IMG/VR virus record: IMGVR_UViG_3300003887_000057
Coordinates: 1 to 37,573 of that record
Origin: a virus
Taxonomy: Duplodnaviria; Caudoviricetes
DNA length: 37,573 nt
Strand: one strand, 5' to 3'
Part shown: positions 7,738-16,068 of the stretch, in pieces
Layout of the letters: the number at the start of each line of letters is the position of its first letter
Numbering within the stretch: the first letter of the stretch is position 1
Program-made: the position numbers and the translations under genes
Notes under the pieces: model-generated
What the model was told of the DNA's origin: nothing
The model's input: the letters and a program-made list of their open reading frames with translations, nothing else
The model's database searches: none

Positions 7738-7937
7738 CCGAAAACGATGCCGAACACCTTGCGTTTGAATCTTACTGCAAAGAGAAGGGGCTGGATCGTT
7801 CCATGCACCCTCTACACCTGCTCTATCTGAACCCGGACACTAAGAAGGCTCTGGATGCGTTCAAGGCTGGGTGGAGTTCACAGATTCGTGCCTACAACGA
7901 ATCCGAGTGTGCAAAGCGCGGAATAACTATTAGTTAA
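7734..7937 (+). CDS. Hypothetical protein
   Basis: 67 aa with a strong RBS. Confidence 0.7.
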   Translation: MTENDAEHLAFESYCKEKGLDRSMHPLHLLYLNPDTKKALDAFKAGWSSQIRAYNESECAKRGITIS

Positions 7938-7949
7938 TCTGGTGGGGAC

Positions 7950-8279
7950 ATGAAAACTAAAGACTTTCCAAGCGTTAAGGCTGCTAAAACAGCCTCGTTC
8001 AATATGTTTGCGTTTTACCGGACGATGAAGCGCCTTACAACAAAGCCAGTGACTACCACTGCCCCTCTGGAAGCCCAGAACCGCCATGATGATGATGATG
8101 TGGATGCTGAGTGCCGCAACCTACTCATGGAGGAGAACGACGCTTTACGAGCCCGCATTACGGAGCTGGAGGATTTCGTCCGAGACACGGCTGAAAACTA
8201 CGACTGTGACAAGGACGCCCACACCCACGGAACCCGTTGTCGCACTTGCGAAGCCACGAAACTCCTAAACAAGAAGTGA
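7950..8279 (+). CDS. Hypothetical protein with coiled coil and C-terminal Cys/His cluster; possibly chimeric
   Basis: LMEENDALRARITELE coiled coil; CDKDAHTHGTRCRTC; a basic N-terminus changes abruptly to acidic near CTGCCCC at 8059. Confidence 0.65.
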   Translation: MKTKDFPSVKAAKTASFNMFAFYRTMKRLTTKPVTTTAPLEAQNRHDDDDVDAECRNLLMEENDALRARITELEDFVRDTAENYDCDKDAHTHGTRCRTCEATKLLNKK

Positions 8280-8295
8280 ATGTCATGGAGCAACG

Positions 8296-8502
8296 ATGCC
8301 TGATTGCACTCGCTCACACCCGCATGATGATCCCTGCCGCGATCACGACCTGTTGACGCGGATTACGCGTCTTGAAAACGCCCTGCGCCAGATCGAGAGG
8401 CTACCAGAGTCCTGCTATGACGAACTCAACGGGATTGGCGCGGCGCGGTCTATCGCCCACACTGCCCTCAAACCCATAACTGCCCATAACGGAGAACCAT
8501 GA
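8296..8502 (+). CDS. Hypothetical protein
   Basis: GGAG RBS; CTRSHPH...RITRLENALRQI...ARSIAHTAL, a common phage accessory pattern. Confidence 0.7.
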   Translation: MPDCTRSHPHDDPCRDHDLLTRITRLENALRQIERLPESCYDELNGIGAARSIAHTALKPITAHNGEP

Positions 8503-8822
8503 GCTTATCTACCTGCGAGCACTGTGGCGGACACATCCCCATCGGACCCGCTGCATCAAACCGATGCAATTCATGTGGCAGGCACATTTTTGATCCATCC
8601 CCAGACACGTTTGAAATGTCTACATCAGAGGCGTTAGATTCATTCCGGTTGAAACATAGCCCACGCCCTATTTGCCCATCGTGCGGAGATTCCCCGGATG
8701 AGCCCGAAGAACTGTTCGAAGGGGATGAGGAACTCGCAACCTATGACTGCGAGACGTGCGGAACGGGATACCGGATCACCAGAGAAATCACCGTCACATA
8801 CTCAACCGAATTTCGCGGATAA
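8499..8822 (+). CDS. Double Zn-ribbon protein
   Basis: CEHCGG...CNSCG and CPSCG...CETCG pairs; GGAGAACCATG leader. Confidence 0.75.
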   Translation: MSLSTCEHCGGHIPIGPAASNRCNSCGRHIFDPSPDTFEMSTSEALDSFRLKHSPRPICPSCGDSPDEPEELFEGDEELATYDCETCGTGYRITREITVTYSTEFRG

Positions 8823-8829
8823 CGCATCT

Positions 8830-9390
8830 GCCCAGGAGCAGGCCCAAGGCCAGGGGCGGGATGTGCAGGCCCTGATCTCGGATCTGCAGGGCCGCTTGAC
8901 GGAGCTGAACTCCGGCGCGGCTTCCAAGGGGATTCGCAAGGCCTCCGACTTGGTGGACCGGGTGCAGGCCCGGGAAGCCTTCCGGGATGCTTCCGAGGTC
9001 GGTGGCAAGCGGGTCTGGTTTGGGCTGCCTGCCATTGATGACTCGGTGGAAGCCAGCCCTCGGCATGTGGTGATGGTGGCGGCTCGGCCTGGTGTCGGTA
9101 AATCGGCCATGGCCATCCAGGGCCTGTGGAAGACCGCTGCGCAGGGCCATTCCTCCCTGCTGATCTCCCTGGAAATGGACGAATACGAGGTGGAGGCCCG
9201 CCTGGCGAGCTGGAAGACCTCAGAGGGGCACCGCCGGTTTCGTGCAGGCACTTACTCGGATGCCTCGGTGTTCAACCTCAGCCGGGAGACGGAAACGCTG
9301 GATCGGATCCACCACTGGATCCACCCCTCGAACGTGCCGTGGCCCACGGTGGAAGCCACGATCCGCGATGCGGTGCGACTGCACAGATTG
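8830..9390 (+). pseudogene. dnaB: Internal fragment of a DnaB-family replicative helicase
   Basis: WFGLPAIDD, Walker A AARPGVGKS and H1a ISLEM present; no N-terminal domain or RBS; similarity stops before Walker B. Confidence 0.8.
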
Positions 9391-9520
9391 CGGGATACGG
9401 CCACGACCCTGAGCTATTTGTGGGCGACCTGGAGGGACCTCCAGCTGCGGGAAAGCCCCCTCAGCAGGGGGGCTCAATTCTGGCGGAGTGAAATGCTGCG
9501 TGAATCCAGAAGGGAGAACC

Positions 9521-9724
9521 ATGAGCGATAAGCGAGAAAACCCAGGAGCAAATCGCGGCAGGGCTACCTTGAGCGACCGGTTAGGCAAGGCTGCTAGGGA
9601 TCACCCAGATTGGCCCGGTCCTGGTTGGGTTGCCGTTTGGAAAACCTACACGAATGGTTCCGATCAGATCGTCGGATGGACTGAAGAGGATCCCCGCAAC
9701 CCCGGCGCAATTTACACGGCCTAA
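9521..9724 (+). CDS. Hypothetical protein
   Basis: CCAGAAGGGAGAACCATG leader; motif at 9728 follows the stop. Confidence 0.65.
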   Translation: MSDKRENPGANRGRATLSDRLGKAARDHPDWPGPGWVAVWKTYTNGSDQIVGWTEEDPRNPGAIYTA

Positions 9725-9779
9725 CGAATGTCCACATTTATAACGAAGGTAATGCTTGCCAGCGATATCATCGCGAATC

Positions 9780-10448
9780 ATGTGCGGACGCTTTGCCATC
9801 CATGCGACCTCTGAGGAACTAGCACTTGGGCTTGGAGCACCTGTGTTGCGGGGATTCCGTGAGGAGCGCCGCTACAACGTGGCACCTGGCCAGTGGATCG
9901 TCATCGTTAGGCCAGAAAAGAGCCAACGCTCACATTCATTAGCCCGCTGGGGACTCATTCCAAACTGGTCGAAAGATCCAGAGGTGGGGCCAAAACCCAT
10001 CAACGCCCGCGCCGATGGCGTGGCGACCAAACCGACCTTCCGCGGTGCCTTCCGGCATGGCCGGTGCCTCATCCCTGCATCAGGCTTCTATGAATGGAAG
10101 GCTGTGGGTTCCAAAAAAGTCCCGCACTACATCAGGCCAGCCGAGGGCGGAATCTTCGTGTTCGCCGGATTGGTGGACACATGGCACGGGCCAGATGGGG
10201 AGCTGACGACCTGCACCATCATCACAACTGAGCCAAACGGCCTAATGGAATCCATCCACAACCGAATGCCAGTGATCCTTGGCCCGGAAGAGGCAGATGC
10301 TTGGCTTGATCCAGAACAGAAGGCCAATGCCCTCATTGCTCTGCTGAAACCTCTCCCTTCCAACCGTATGGAAGTCTTCCCGGTATCAACCCAGGTGAAC
10401 AATGTTTGGAATGATGGACCGGAGCTAATCGTGAAGGTCGGGTTATGA
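9780..10448 (+). CDS. SOS response-associated peptidase (SRAP; YedK/HMCES family abasic-site protecting protein)
   Basis: True start MCGRF with catalytic Cys2; RYNVAP, WGLIP, INAR, RCLIPASGFYEW, IHNRMPVIL. Confidence 0.95.
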   Translation: MCGRFAIHATSEELALGLGAPVLRGFREERRYNVAPGQWIVIVRPEKSQRSHSLARWGLIPNWSKDPEVGPKPINARADGVATKPTFRGAFRHGRCLIPASGFYEWKAVGSKKVPHYIRPAEGGIFVFAGLVDTWHGPDGELTTCTIITTEPNGLMESIHNRMPVILGPEEADAWLDPEQKANALIALLKPLPSNRMEVFPVSTQVNNVWNDGPELIVKVGL

Positions 10449-10666
10449 CGGAAAATACATGGGAATCCCGTCAAAGACTCCGTGGGTACCTTTCGCGGAA
10501 GCGTACAAAGGGACCGTTGAATGAAGCCCAAGAAGCTGCGTGGTGGGCATTGAACGAAATTGATGATTTGGTTGATTTGCTTAAGTCGGTTCAGCGCGTA
10601 GGCCTGACACCTGAGGTTCGGGCGGGTGTGGATGCGATGGTGAAGCGGAATACTCGTCCTGAGTGA
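10445..10666 (+). CDS. Hypothetical protein coupled to SRAP
   Basis: ATGA overlap; 73 aa. Confidence 0.65.
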   Translation: MTENTWESRQRLRGYLSRKRTKGPLNEAQEAAWWALNEIDDLVDLLKSVQRVGLTPEVRAGVDAMVKRNTRPE

Positions 10667-10785
10667 AAGCCTTGATAAGTATCCGGGCCTCACTGGACAT
10701 GCCATCTATTCCCGAGTTGGCGAGGTCCTGGAGATAGGGCTGTAGCGCGATCATGCCGCCAATGATATTCCAGTAAGGAGTGGCT

Positions 10786-10986
10786 ATGCGTACCTTCGCT
10801 CAATTCCTTGATGACATTGGATTCCAATCTGATGCTTGCGAGTCTTGCATCGAACACGATTTCTACCGTCTTGCCGAGCGCATGCACAAGGCGCTCGAAA
10901 CCATAGCTGATCCCAGCACCACCGAAATGACGCATTACGGAACCGTGCTTGTACTTCGGTCCCACGCAAAGAACGCCCTAAGGTGA
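10786..10986 (+). CDS. Hypothetical protein
   Basis: TAAGGAG RBS; MRTFAQFLDDIG...AKNALR*. Confidence 0.65.
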   Translation: MRTFAQFLDDIGFQSDACESCIEHDFYRLAERMHKALETIADPSTTEMTHYGTVLVLRSHAKNALR

Positions 10987-11105
10987 ATCTGAAGCATCAA
11001 GCGAGATCAATTTCGTAGCTCCACGAAAATGATCCGCTCTCAATTCGGTGAAGCATTCGCCCTGATTCGAGGGCTCGGAAGGCTGCGCCATCATGAAAGG
11101 AAACC

Positions 11106-11438
11106 ATGAGCAGGACCATTCGATCTTCAGATATTCGGGCCGTGATCCTCTCGGCGTTAGTGGGTAAGGGTTTGGCGGCTATTGAGGCTGAAAAACTAGC
11201 GGAGACCTGCGCCAAGGCTCTGAAGCGCCAATACAGCGGGGACCGCACATATTGGGCTATTGAGAAAGTCGTACGCCACGGCATGGATGTGGCTACTCGG
11301 AAGGCTATCTTCATGGAATGGTGGCTGCACGGTGATGCTGGAGAGCATGGCGATGGAATTCTAGTTACTCGCGGTATCAGCGTGAGCACGTTGGAGCGCA
11401 TTAAGCGTGAAGGTCGGAAGTCTAAATGGGCAGCGTGA
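11106..11438 (+). CDS. Mor/C-like transcriptional activator (putative late activator)
   Basis: Helical N-terminus, QYSGDRTY resembling the Mor GG.xxY strand, C-terminal HTH-like RGISVSTLERIKR; lies upstream of the packaging genes. Confidence 0.55.
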   Translation: MSRTIRSSDIRAVILSALVGKGLAAIEAEKLAETCAKALKRQYSGDRTYWAIEKVVRHGMDVATRKAIFMEWWLHGDAGEHGDGILVTRGISVSTLERIKREGRKSKWAA

Positions 11439-12502
11439 GTTTGCGTTCCGGGCCTATCACGCTAATACCTCGCGGCAAGGTATGGCACTTCCGCTTCCAG
11501 CTGGACGGATTCCGAGTCATGCGCACTACACGGGAGCCGCTGAAGAACCGGGCCAAGGCTGAGCAGGTAGCCCTGAGCCACTACCAAGCCGCTCTGCTTC
11601 GATCCAGGGGGGAGGAGCCTGAAGTGACGCTGCAGGAGGCGTTCGCTCTCTGGGTGGAGGCTCATGCACTGCGACTGTCTCCCAGTCACATCGAGAACGT
11701 AGACCGCTGCGGCCGGATCCACCTAGGGCGCCTAGCTGGGCTTCCCGTGTCGCAGGTGTCCACCCGTATGGTGGAGGAGGAGTTGGCGGTCTTCTTATCC
11801 AGCCACAAGCCCTCTTCGGCGAACCAATGGCTCGCAGATATCCGCTTGGTAATGCGATGGTGCATCCGGCGCCGCATGATCCGAGTCGTTCCCTTTGATG
11901 TTCGGGAAACTCGGATCAAGCGAAAGCCTAAAGTGTTGATCCCCACGGATAAGGCGGCAGATTGGCTGGCGGAAGTGGATGCCTTGGCTGAGCATGAGCC
12001 GAGCATTGCCATGGTCCTGCGCCTGATGATTGGCTTGGGGCTTCGGGGTGGTGAGGCCCGGCAGGCGCGCTGGGAATGGCTGGACCTGGAACGTGAGCTC
12101 TACATCCCGGGCGACACCAAGGGTGGGGAGGCATGGCCTCGCCCGGTACCGCCATGGATCCTGGATGGATTGAAGGCCCAGCACAAACCATTCGGTTGGA
12201 TGGCCCCCACCTTGGCTGGTGCACCTGTCACCCCTGGGAGGGTGAAGCGGACCTTTGATGCTGCGTGCAAGGCGGCAGGCATTCAGCGTCTGGTGCCTCA
12301 TCGCCTGAGGGCTACCTATGCCACCTGGCTTTCAGAGGCGGGCGTCCCCATCCAGGACATCCAAGCGGCCCTTGGGCACAAGGATATTCGGACCACGGCC
12401 ATCTACCTGGGGGTTGACCTCGGGCGCGTGGCGGCCGCTCAGCGTCGCGTGGCGGCCCGGACTGGTTTGGGCGGGATCAAAAGCGGCGCAAGCATCGCCT
12501 AG
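11435..12502 (+). CDS. Full-length tyrosine recombinase/integrase
   Basis: GTGA overlap with the Mor-like gene (alternative ATG 11426). Arm-like N-terminus RGKVWHFRFQLDG, core-binding region, catalytic GLRGGE, TKGG, HRLR, LGH, AIYLG. Confidence 0.92.
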   Translation: MSLRSGPITLIPRGKVWHFRFQLDGFRVMRTTREPLKNRAKAEQVALSHYQAALLRSRGEEPEVTLQEAFALWVEAHALRLSPSHIENVDRCGRIHLGRLAGLPVSQVSTRMVEEELAVFLSSHKPSSANQWLADIRLVMRWCIRRRMIRVVPFDVRETRIKRKPKVLIPTDKAADWLAEVDALAEHEPSIAMVLRLMIGLGLRGGEARQARWEWLDLERELYIPGDTKGGEAWPRPVPPWILDGLKAQHKPFGWMAPTLAGAPVTPGRVKRTFDAACKAAGIQRLVPHRLRATYATWLSEAGVPIQDIQAALGHKDIRTTAIYLGVDLGRVAAAQRRVAARTGLGGIKSGASIA

Positions 12503-12660
12503 AGCCCGCACCAATGGTTGATTGTTCAATTAAATTGAGTAGTGCTACAGAAAAAGCCGAGAACGATCTTCGAGGATTACAACGGCACAAAATGCACTTA
12601 CGTGCGGTCTCCGCTTCGAGCTCCTTCGGCAAGTGTTGCACCGCTTCGCCTTCTGAAAAA

Positions 12661-12712
12661 TTAACGGGTCCCTCTGGGTGGGTAACCCACTGCGGGTAAT
12701 TCGCACCTCGGT
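12661..12712 (+). other. Candidate lambda-type cos region (cosQ-like plus cosN-like)
   Basis: TTAACGGGTCCCTCTGGGTG resembles lambda TTTACGGGTCCTTTCCGGTG (cosQ GGGTCCT), followed by partially symmetric TGCGGGTAATTCGCACCTCG; about 140 bp upstream of the small terminase gene. Confidence 0.5.
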
Positions 12713-12850
12713 TGGGTCTGTGCGTGGGTCTTCTGAGGGCCATTTCGTTTTCACCACCCCCATGGAGGGGGTCGGTAGGCGGGTGTATGGTTTATTGCAG
12801 TATAAATATGCAAATAAGTCACAAGCGCCCGTCTCCGATTTGGAGGCAAC

Positions 12851-13285
12851 ATGCTAGGAGTTCTTGCACTTGCGGACTTAATGGGGCTTACCCCCAGACG
12901 TATCCAGCAACTGTGCGCTGAGGGTATGCCCAAAGCGAAACGGGGCCAGTACGACGAGTTGGAGTGCCTTAAATGGTATGTCCGATACCTACAGGCGAAG
13001 CTCCAGAGCGGTGGAGCCGAGGGGCATTCCGGATTGAGTGGCACCGAGCGGGCCGCGAATGCAAAGGCGGCACTTTTGGAGCATGAGCTGGCTGCCATCC
13101 AGAAGAAGACCCTCGCCATCGATGACTACGAAAAAGCCCATGCCGATCTGATCACGCCCGCTCGCCTGGAACTGCTGGCGATCGAGGCGCGGCTTCGGCC
13201 CATCATCGGCCCCGATGCTGCAGCGAAGTGCGGATCCGAGATCCGGCGCTCGCTCACGCGGCTGGGCCAGGAGGATTCCGAATGA
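12851..13285 (+). CDS. Terminase small subunit (Nu1-like)
   Basis: GGAGG RBS; winged HTH LADLMGLTPRRIQQL..EGMP...GQYD...CLKWY followed by a coiled coil. Confidence 0.88.
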   Translation: MLGVLALADLMGLTPRRIQQLCAEGMPKAKRGQYDELECLKWYVRYLQAKLQSGGAEGHSGLSGTERAANAKAALLEHELAAIQKKTLAIDDYEKAHADLITPARLELLAIEARLRPIIGPDAAAKCGSEIRRSLTRLGQEDSE

Positions 13286-13773
13286 GCCGATTGCACCCGG
13301 ATGATCTGAAGGAAGTATTGGATCATATTTCAAGGCTGGCTTCACAGATAGCGATAGACCAAACCTTGTCCCGCTTGACCTCAGATTCAGAGTTGCAGGC
13401 CGATACCTGCCTGATGTGCGATCACGTGCAGCGGATCTGCGAGGTGGAGCAGCGTGCCGCGGCTGAATCGGATCGCGCCGACAGGGCAGAAGCCCGCGTT
13501 AAGGAGTTGGAATCCCTCTGCTCGAATGAATGGGGAGAGAATGCCGCGGCCTATCTTCGCGGCATATCCATCTCTGCCAGGTCTCATGGTTGGGGGCTTG
13601 AGGATGGAACCCTGAGTCATTGGCTGGATCAGCAACTCGATCTCGCATCGGTGGATGGAGATGAGCGCGAGCGCTGCCGGAAGCTCATCTGCAACTATCT
13701 CGACATCCACGAAATCGACCACCTCGAGGGCCCAGAGCTGGATGCCACGGTGCGCCGGATTTTGGAGGCCTGA
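13282..13773 (+). CDS. Hypothetical protein between the terminase subunits
   Basis: GGAGG RBS and ATGA overlap; CLMC motif and coiled coil RADRAEARVKELE. Confidence 0.7.
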   Translation: MSRLHPDDLKEVLDHISRLASQIAIDQTLSRLTSDSELQADTCLMCDHVQRICEVEQRAAAESDRADRAEARVKELESLCSNEWGENAAAYLRGISISARSHGWGLEDGTLSHWLDQQLDLASVDGDERERCRKLICNYLDIHEIDHLEGPELDATVRRILEA

Positions 13774-13775
13774 CC

Positions 13776-15716
13776 ATGCGCATTCAAACCCACCCCTCCG
13801 CCCTCGAACACCTCTCCCGCGTCCAAAAGCGCCTTCGTGCCCTATGGATGCCACCCCCTCGCATCAGCATTGAGGAATGGGCCCAAGCCAAACGGGTGCT
13901 GCCCGCCGATTCCGGTCGACCCGGGCAATGGCAGGCCGATCCCATCCAGCGCGAGATCCAGGAAAGCATCTGCGACCCTGAGGTGCAGGAAGTCGTTTTT
14001 ATGAAATCCACCCGCCTGGGTTGGTCGGAAATCTGCAACAACGCCCTCGGCTGGGGTATCGATGTCCATGGCATGGCTATGATGATGCTGCAGCCCTCGA
14101 GAGATACCGCCGAGGACTATTGCAAGGGACGCCTGGAACAGATGATCGAAGGCACACCCGCTCTAGCCAACCTCCTGCGGATCTCCACCTCCCAGGGGTC
14201 CGGATCCACTACCCGCTACAAACGTTTTCGCAATGGCGGCAGTTTCTTCGTGCCCTCCGCGGGCAATCCCAGGGAACTTCGATCCCGGCGCGCCCGGTTC
14301 GTTATCGAGGATGAGGCCGACGCCTACAAGAACGATGTCAGCGACGAAGGCGACCCTGACAAGATCGTTCGCCGCCGTATGGATGAGTTCGGCAGCGATG
14401 GCAAGCTCCTCATTGGCAGCACCCCGGGCATGCCCCAGGGCATCAGCCGTATCGAGAAGGCCTATACCAAGTCGTCACAAGGCATCTACGTCATGCCGTG
14501 CCCGCACTGCAACGCCCTTGAGCCCTTCCGCTGGCGCGATCCTGCCAACCCCAACACTTACCTGCTGCGCTTCGAAAAGACCGTGGATCACCAAGTCATC
14601 CCCGAGAGCGTGCGGTGGACCTGCATCCGCTGCGGCGCAGCCATCGAGGAGCGTTGGAAGGTACAGATGATGGAAGTGGGTCACTGGCTTCACCGCCGTC
14701 CCGCCATTACTCGCGTGAAGGGATACCATGCCAATGCCCTGTACGCGATGACCCACGGGCACTGGGCGCGTATGGCTCAGGAATGGGTGGATGCCCAGGG
14801 CGATCAGCTCGAACTGAAGGCCTTCATCAACCTGCAGCTGGCTGAGACCTTCTCTGAGCCTGGAGAAAGCCTGGAAACCGACGAACTCCGCCGCCGTGCC
14901 GATGCCTGGGATGGGCAGCGCGGCATCGTGCCCGATGGCGTGGCCCTGCTGGTGGTATCTGTGGACGTTCAGACCGCTGCGCCGGGGCGTTTAGAAGCCC
15001 AGGTAGTGGGATTCGATGCCGACGAGCGGGCTTTCCTGGTGGATTTCCAGGTATTTGGAGGCAATCCGGTCGAGTCCTCTGTTTGGGAAGACTTGGACGC
15101 CTGGCTGTTGGCTGGCTGGAGCCATGAAAGTGGGGCCCGGATGCATGCGCATTTGGTGTTGATCGATGCCCGCGACGGCAATACCAAGGCCTCCGTCTAC
15201 GATTTCTGCCAGATTCGCGCCGACCGCTGGGTTTTTCCTCAGATGGGCATGGAAACCATCGCCTCCAAAGGCTGGGCCGAGGAATCCAGCTCCAAGAAAT
15301 CCACTGTGCGCATGTTCCTGAGTTCCACCGATGACCTCAAGCGGGCCCTGTTCTCTCGACTGGGCATCCCCGTGGGTGCGCCGCGATCCGTCAACCTTCC
15401 ATCCTGGGTCTCCCACGACTACCTGAAGCAGTTGGCCGGAGAGAAGCGCGTGCCCGTCACCGATAAGACCACCCGAAAGACCACGTACCGATGGGTCAAA
15501 ACGGGCGGGGCGCGCAACGAGGCCTTGGATCTATGGGTCTACAACCTTTCGGCCCTTTGGATCCTCACCCGCATCCTGGCGCCCTATCTCTCGGGGCCCG
15601 AAGGTCGAGAGCAGATGTTGACGTTGGCAGATGTAGCAAGGAATGGCGGGGTGGCAAGTTCCGGCGGTGGTCAAACGGATGGACGTAGGATCCGGAGTCG
15701 TGGATTTCAAGGATAG
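13776..15716 (+). CDS. Terminase large subunit (lambda GpA family)
   Basis: KSTRLGWSE (Walker A variant), VIEDEAD (Walker B), GSTP, PCPHC...CIRC Zn motif, SVDVQ nuclease, RNEALDLWVY. Confidence 0.95.
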   Translation: MRIQTHPSALEHLSRVQKRLRALWMPPPRISIEEWAQAKRVLPADSGRPGQWQADPIQREIQESICDPEVQEVVFMKSTRLGWSEICNNALGWGIDVHGMAMMMLQPSRDTAEDYCKGRLEQMIEGTPALANLLRISTSQGSGSTTRYKRFRNGGSFFVPSAGNPRELRSRRARFVIEDEADAYKNDVSDEGDPDKIVRRRMDEFGSDGKLLIGSTPGMPQGISRIEKAYTKSSQGIYVMPCPHCNALEPFRWRDPANPNTYLLRFEKTVDHQVIPESVRWTCIRCGAAIEERWKVQMMEVGHWLHRRPAITRVKGYHANALYAMTHGHWARMAQEWVDAQGDQLELKAFINLQLAETFSEPGESLETDELRRRADAWDGQRGIVPDGVALLVVSVDVQTAAPGRLEAQVVGFDADERAFLVDFQVFGGNPVESSVWEDLDAWLLAGWSHESGARMHAHLVLIDARDGNTKASVYDFCQIRADRWVFPQMGMETIASKGWAEESSSKKSTVRMFLSSTDDLKRALFSRLGIPVGAPRSVNLPSWVSHDYLKQLAGEKRVPVTDKTTRKTTYRWVKTGGARNEALDLWVYNLSALWILTRILAPYLSGPEGREQMLTLADVARNGGVASSGGGQTDGRRIRSRGFQG

Positions 15717-15745
15717 AAAAAGGCCCCCGTTTGGGGGCCCTTTTG
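15717..15745. terminator. Bidirectional intrinsic terminator
   Basis: AAAAA-GGCCCCC-GTTT-GGGGGCC-CTTTT between convergent genes. Confidence 0.8.
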
Positions 15746-15746
15746 T

Positions 15747-15977
15747 TTAGCGTTTGTCGCGAGGTGGGCATGGATCATTGCCCGGTGCGATGGTGTTCTT
15801 ATCGCGAATATGGCCGTCCCGACCATGGATGGTTAGTTCTCCTCCGCCATTGTTCACGAGGTGCTGTCTTGCAGCATTGATAGCATCCTGTTGGGTTGAA
15901 TGGACTTTAGAAGGACGAGAAGCGGAATCATCCTTATCCGCCCATCCGTTTCCGTGCTGATAAACACTTCTGCTCAT
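15747..15977 (-). CDS. DUF2188-family small protein
   Basis: W....ASRPSKVHSTQQDAINAAR...GGELTIHGRDGHIRDKNT..GNDPCPPRD; AAGGA RBS on the minus strand. Confidence 0.85.
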   Translation of the reverse strand: MSRSVYQHGNGWADKDDSASRPSKVHSTQQDAINAARQHLVNNGGGELTIHGRDGHIRDKNTIAPGNDPCPPRDKR

Positions 15978-16068
15978 GATGGATTTCCTTTCCGGAATGG
16001 AAAAAATGATGGAAAGCGATATCCTTCAGATCAGGCCGCCTGCCCGCTGCCTGACCTGAAGCGCTCGA

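Larger units (their letters stand above)
5727..9734 (+). repeat. Dispersed gene-boundary motif (A/C)TG(T/C)CCA
   Basis: ATGTCCA at 6866, 7117, 7398, 7714, 9728; CTGTCCA 6638; CTGCCCA 6733, 8480, 8828; variants CTGATCA 5727, CTGTTCA 6375, ATGTCAT 8280, CTGCACA 9379. Each lies at or near a stop codon or truncation point. Confidence 0.8.

Noticed and set aside
8698-9531. The 277-aa ORF as an intact helicase
   Set aside because: Its start lies inside the Zn-ribbon gene in another frame, and Walker B and later DnaB motifs are missing.
9719-9912. GCCTAAC (9719) and GTTAGGC (9906) as a classical integron attC site
   Set aside because: About 194 bp apart, longer than typical attC sites; the second box lies inside SRAP coding sequence; no L-box stem seen; neither recombinase shows an obvious IntI-specific insertion.
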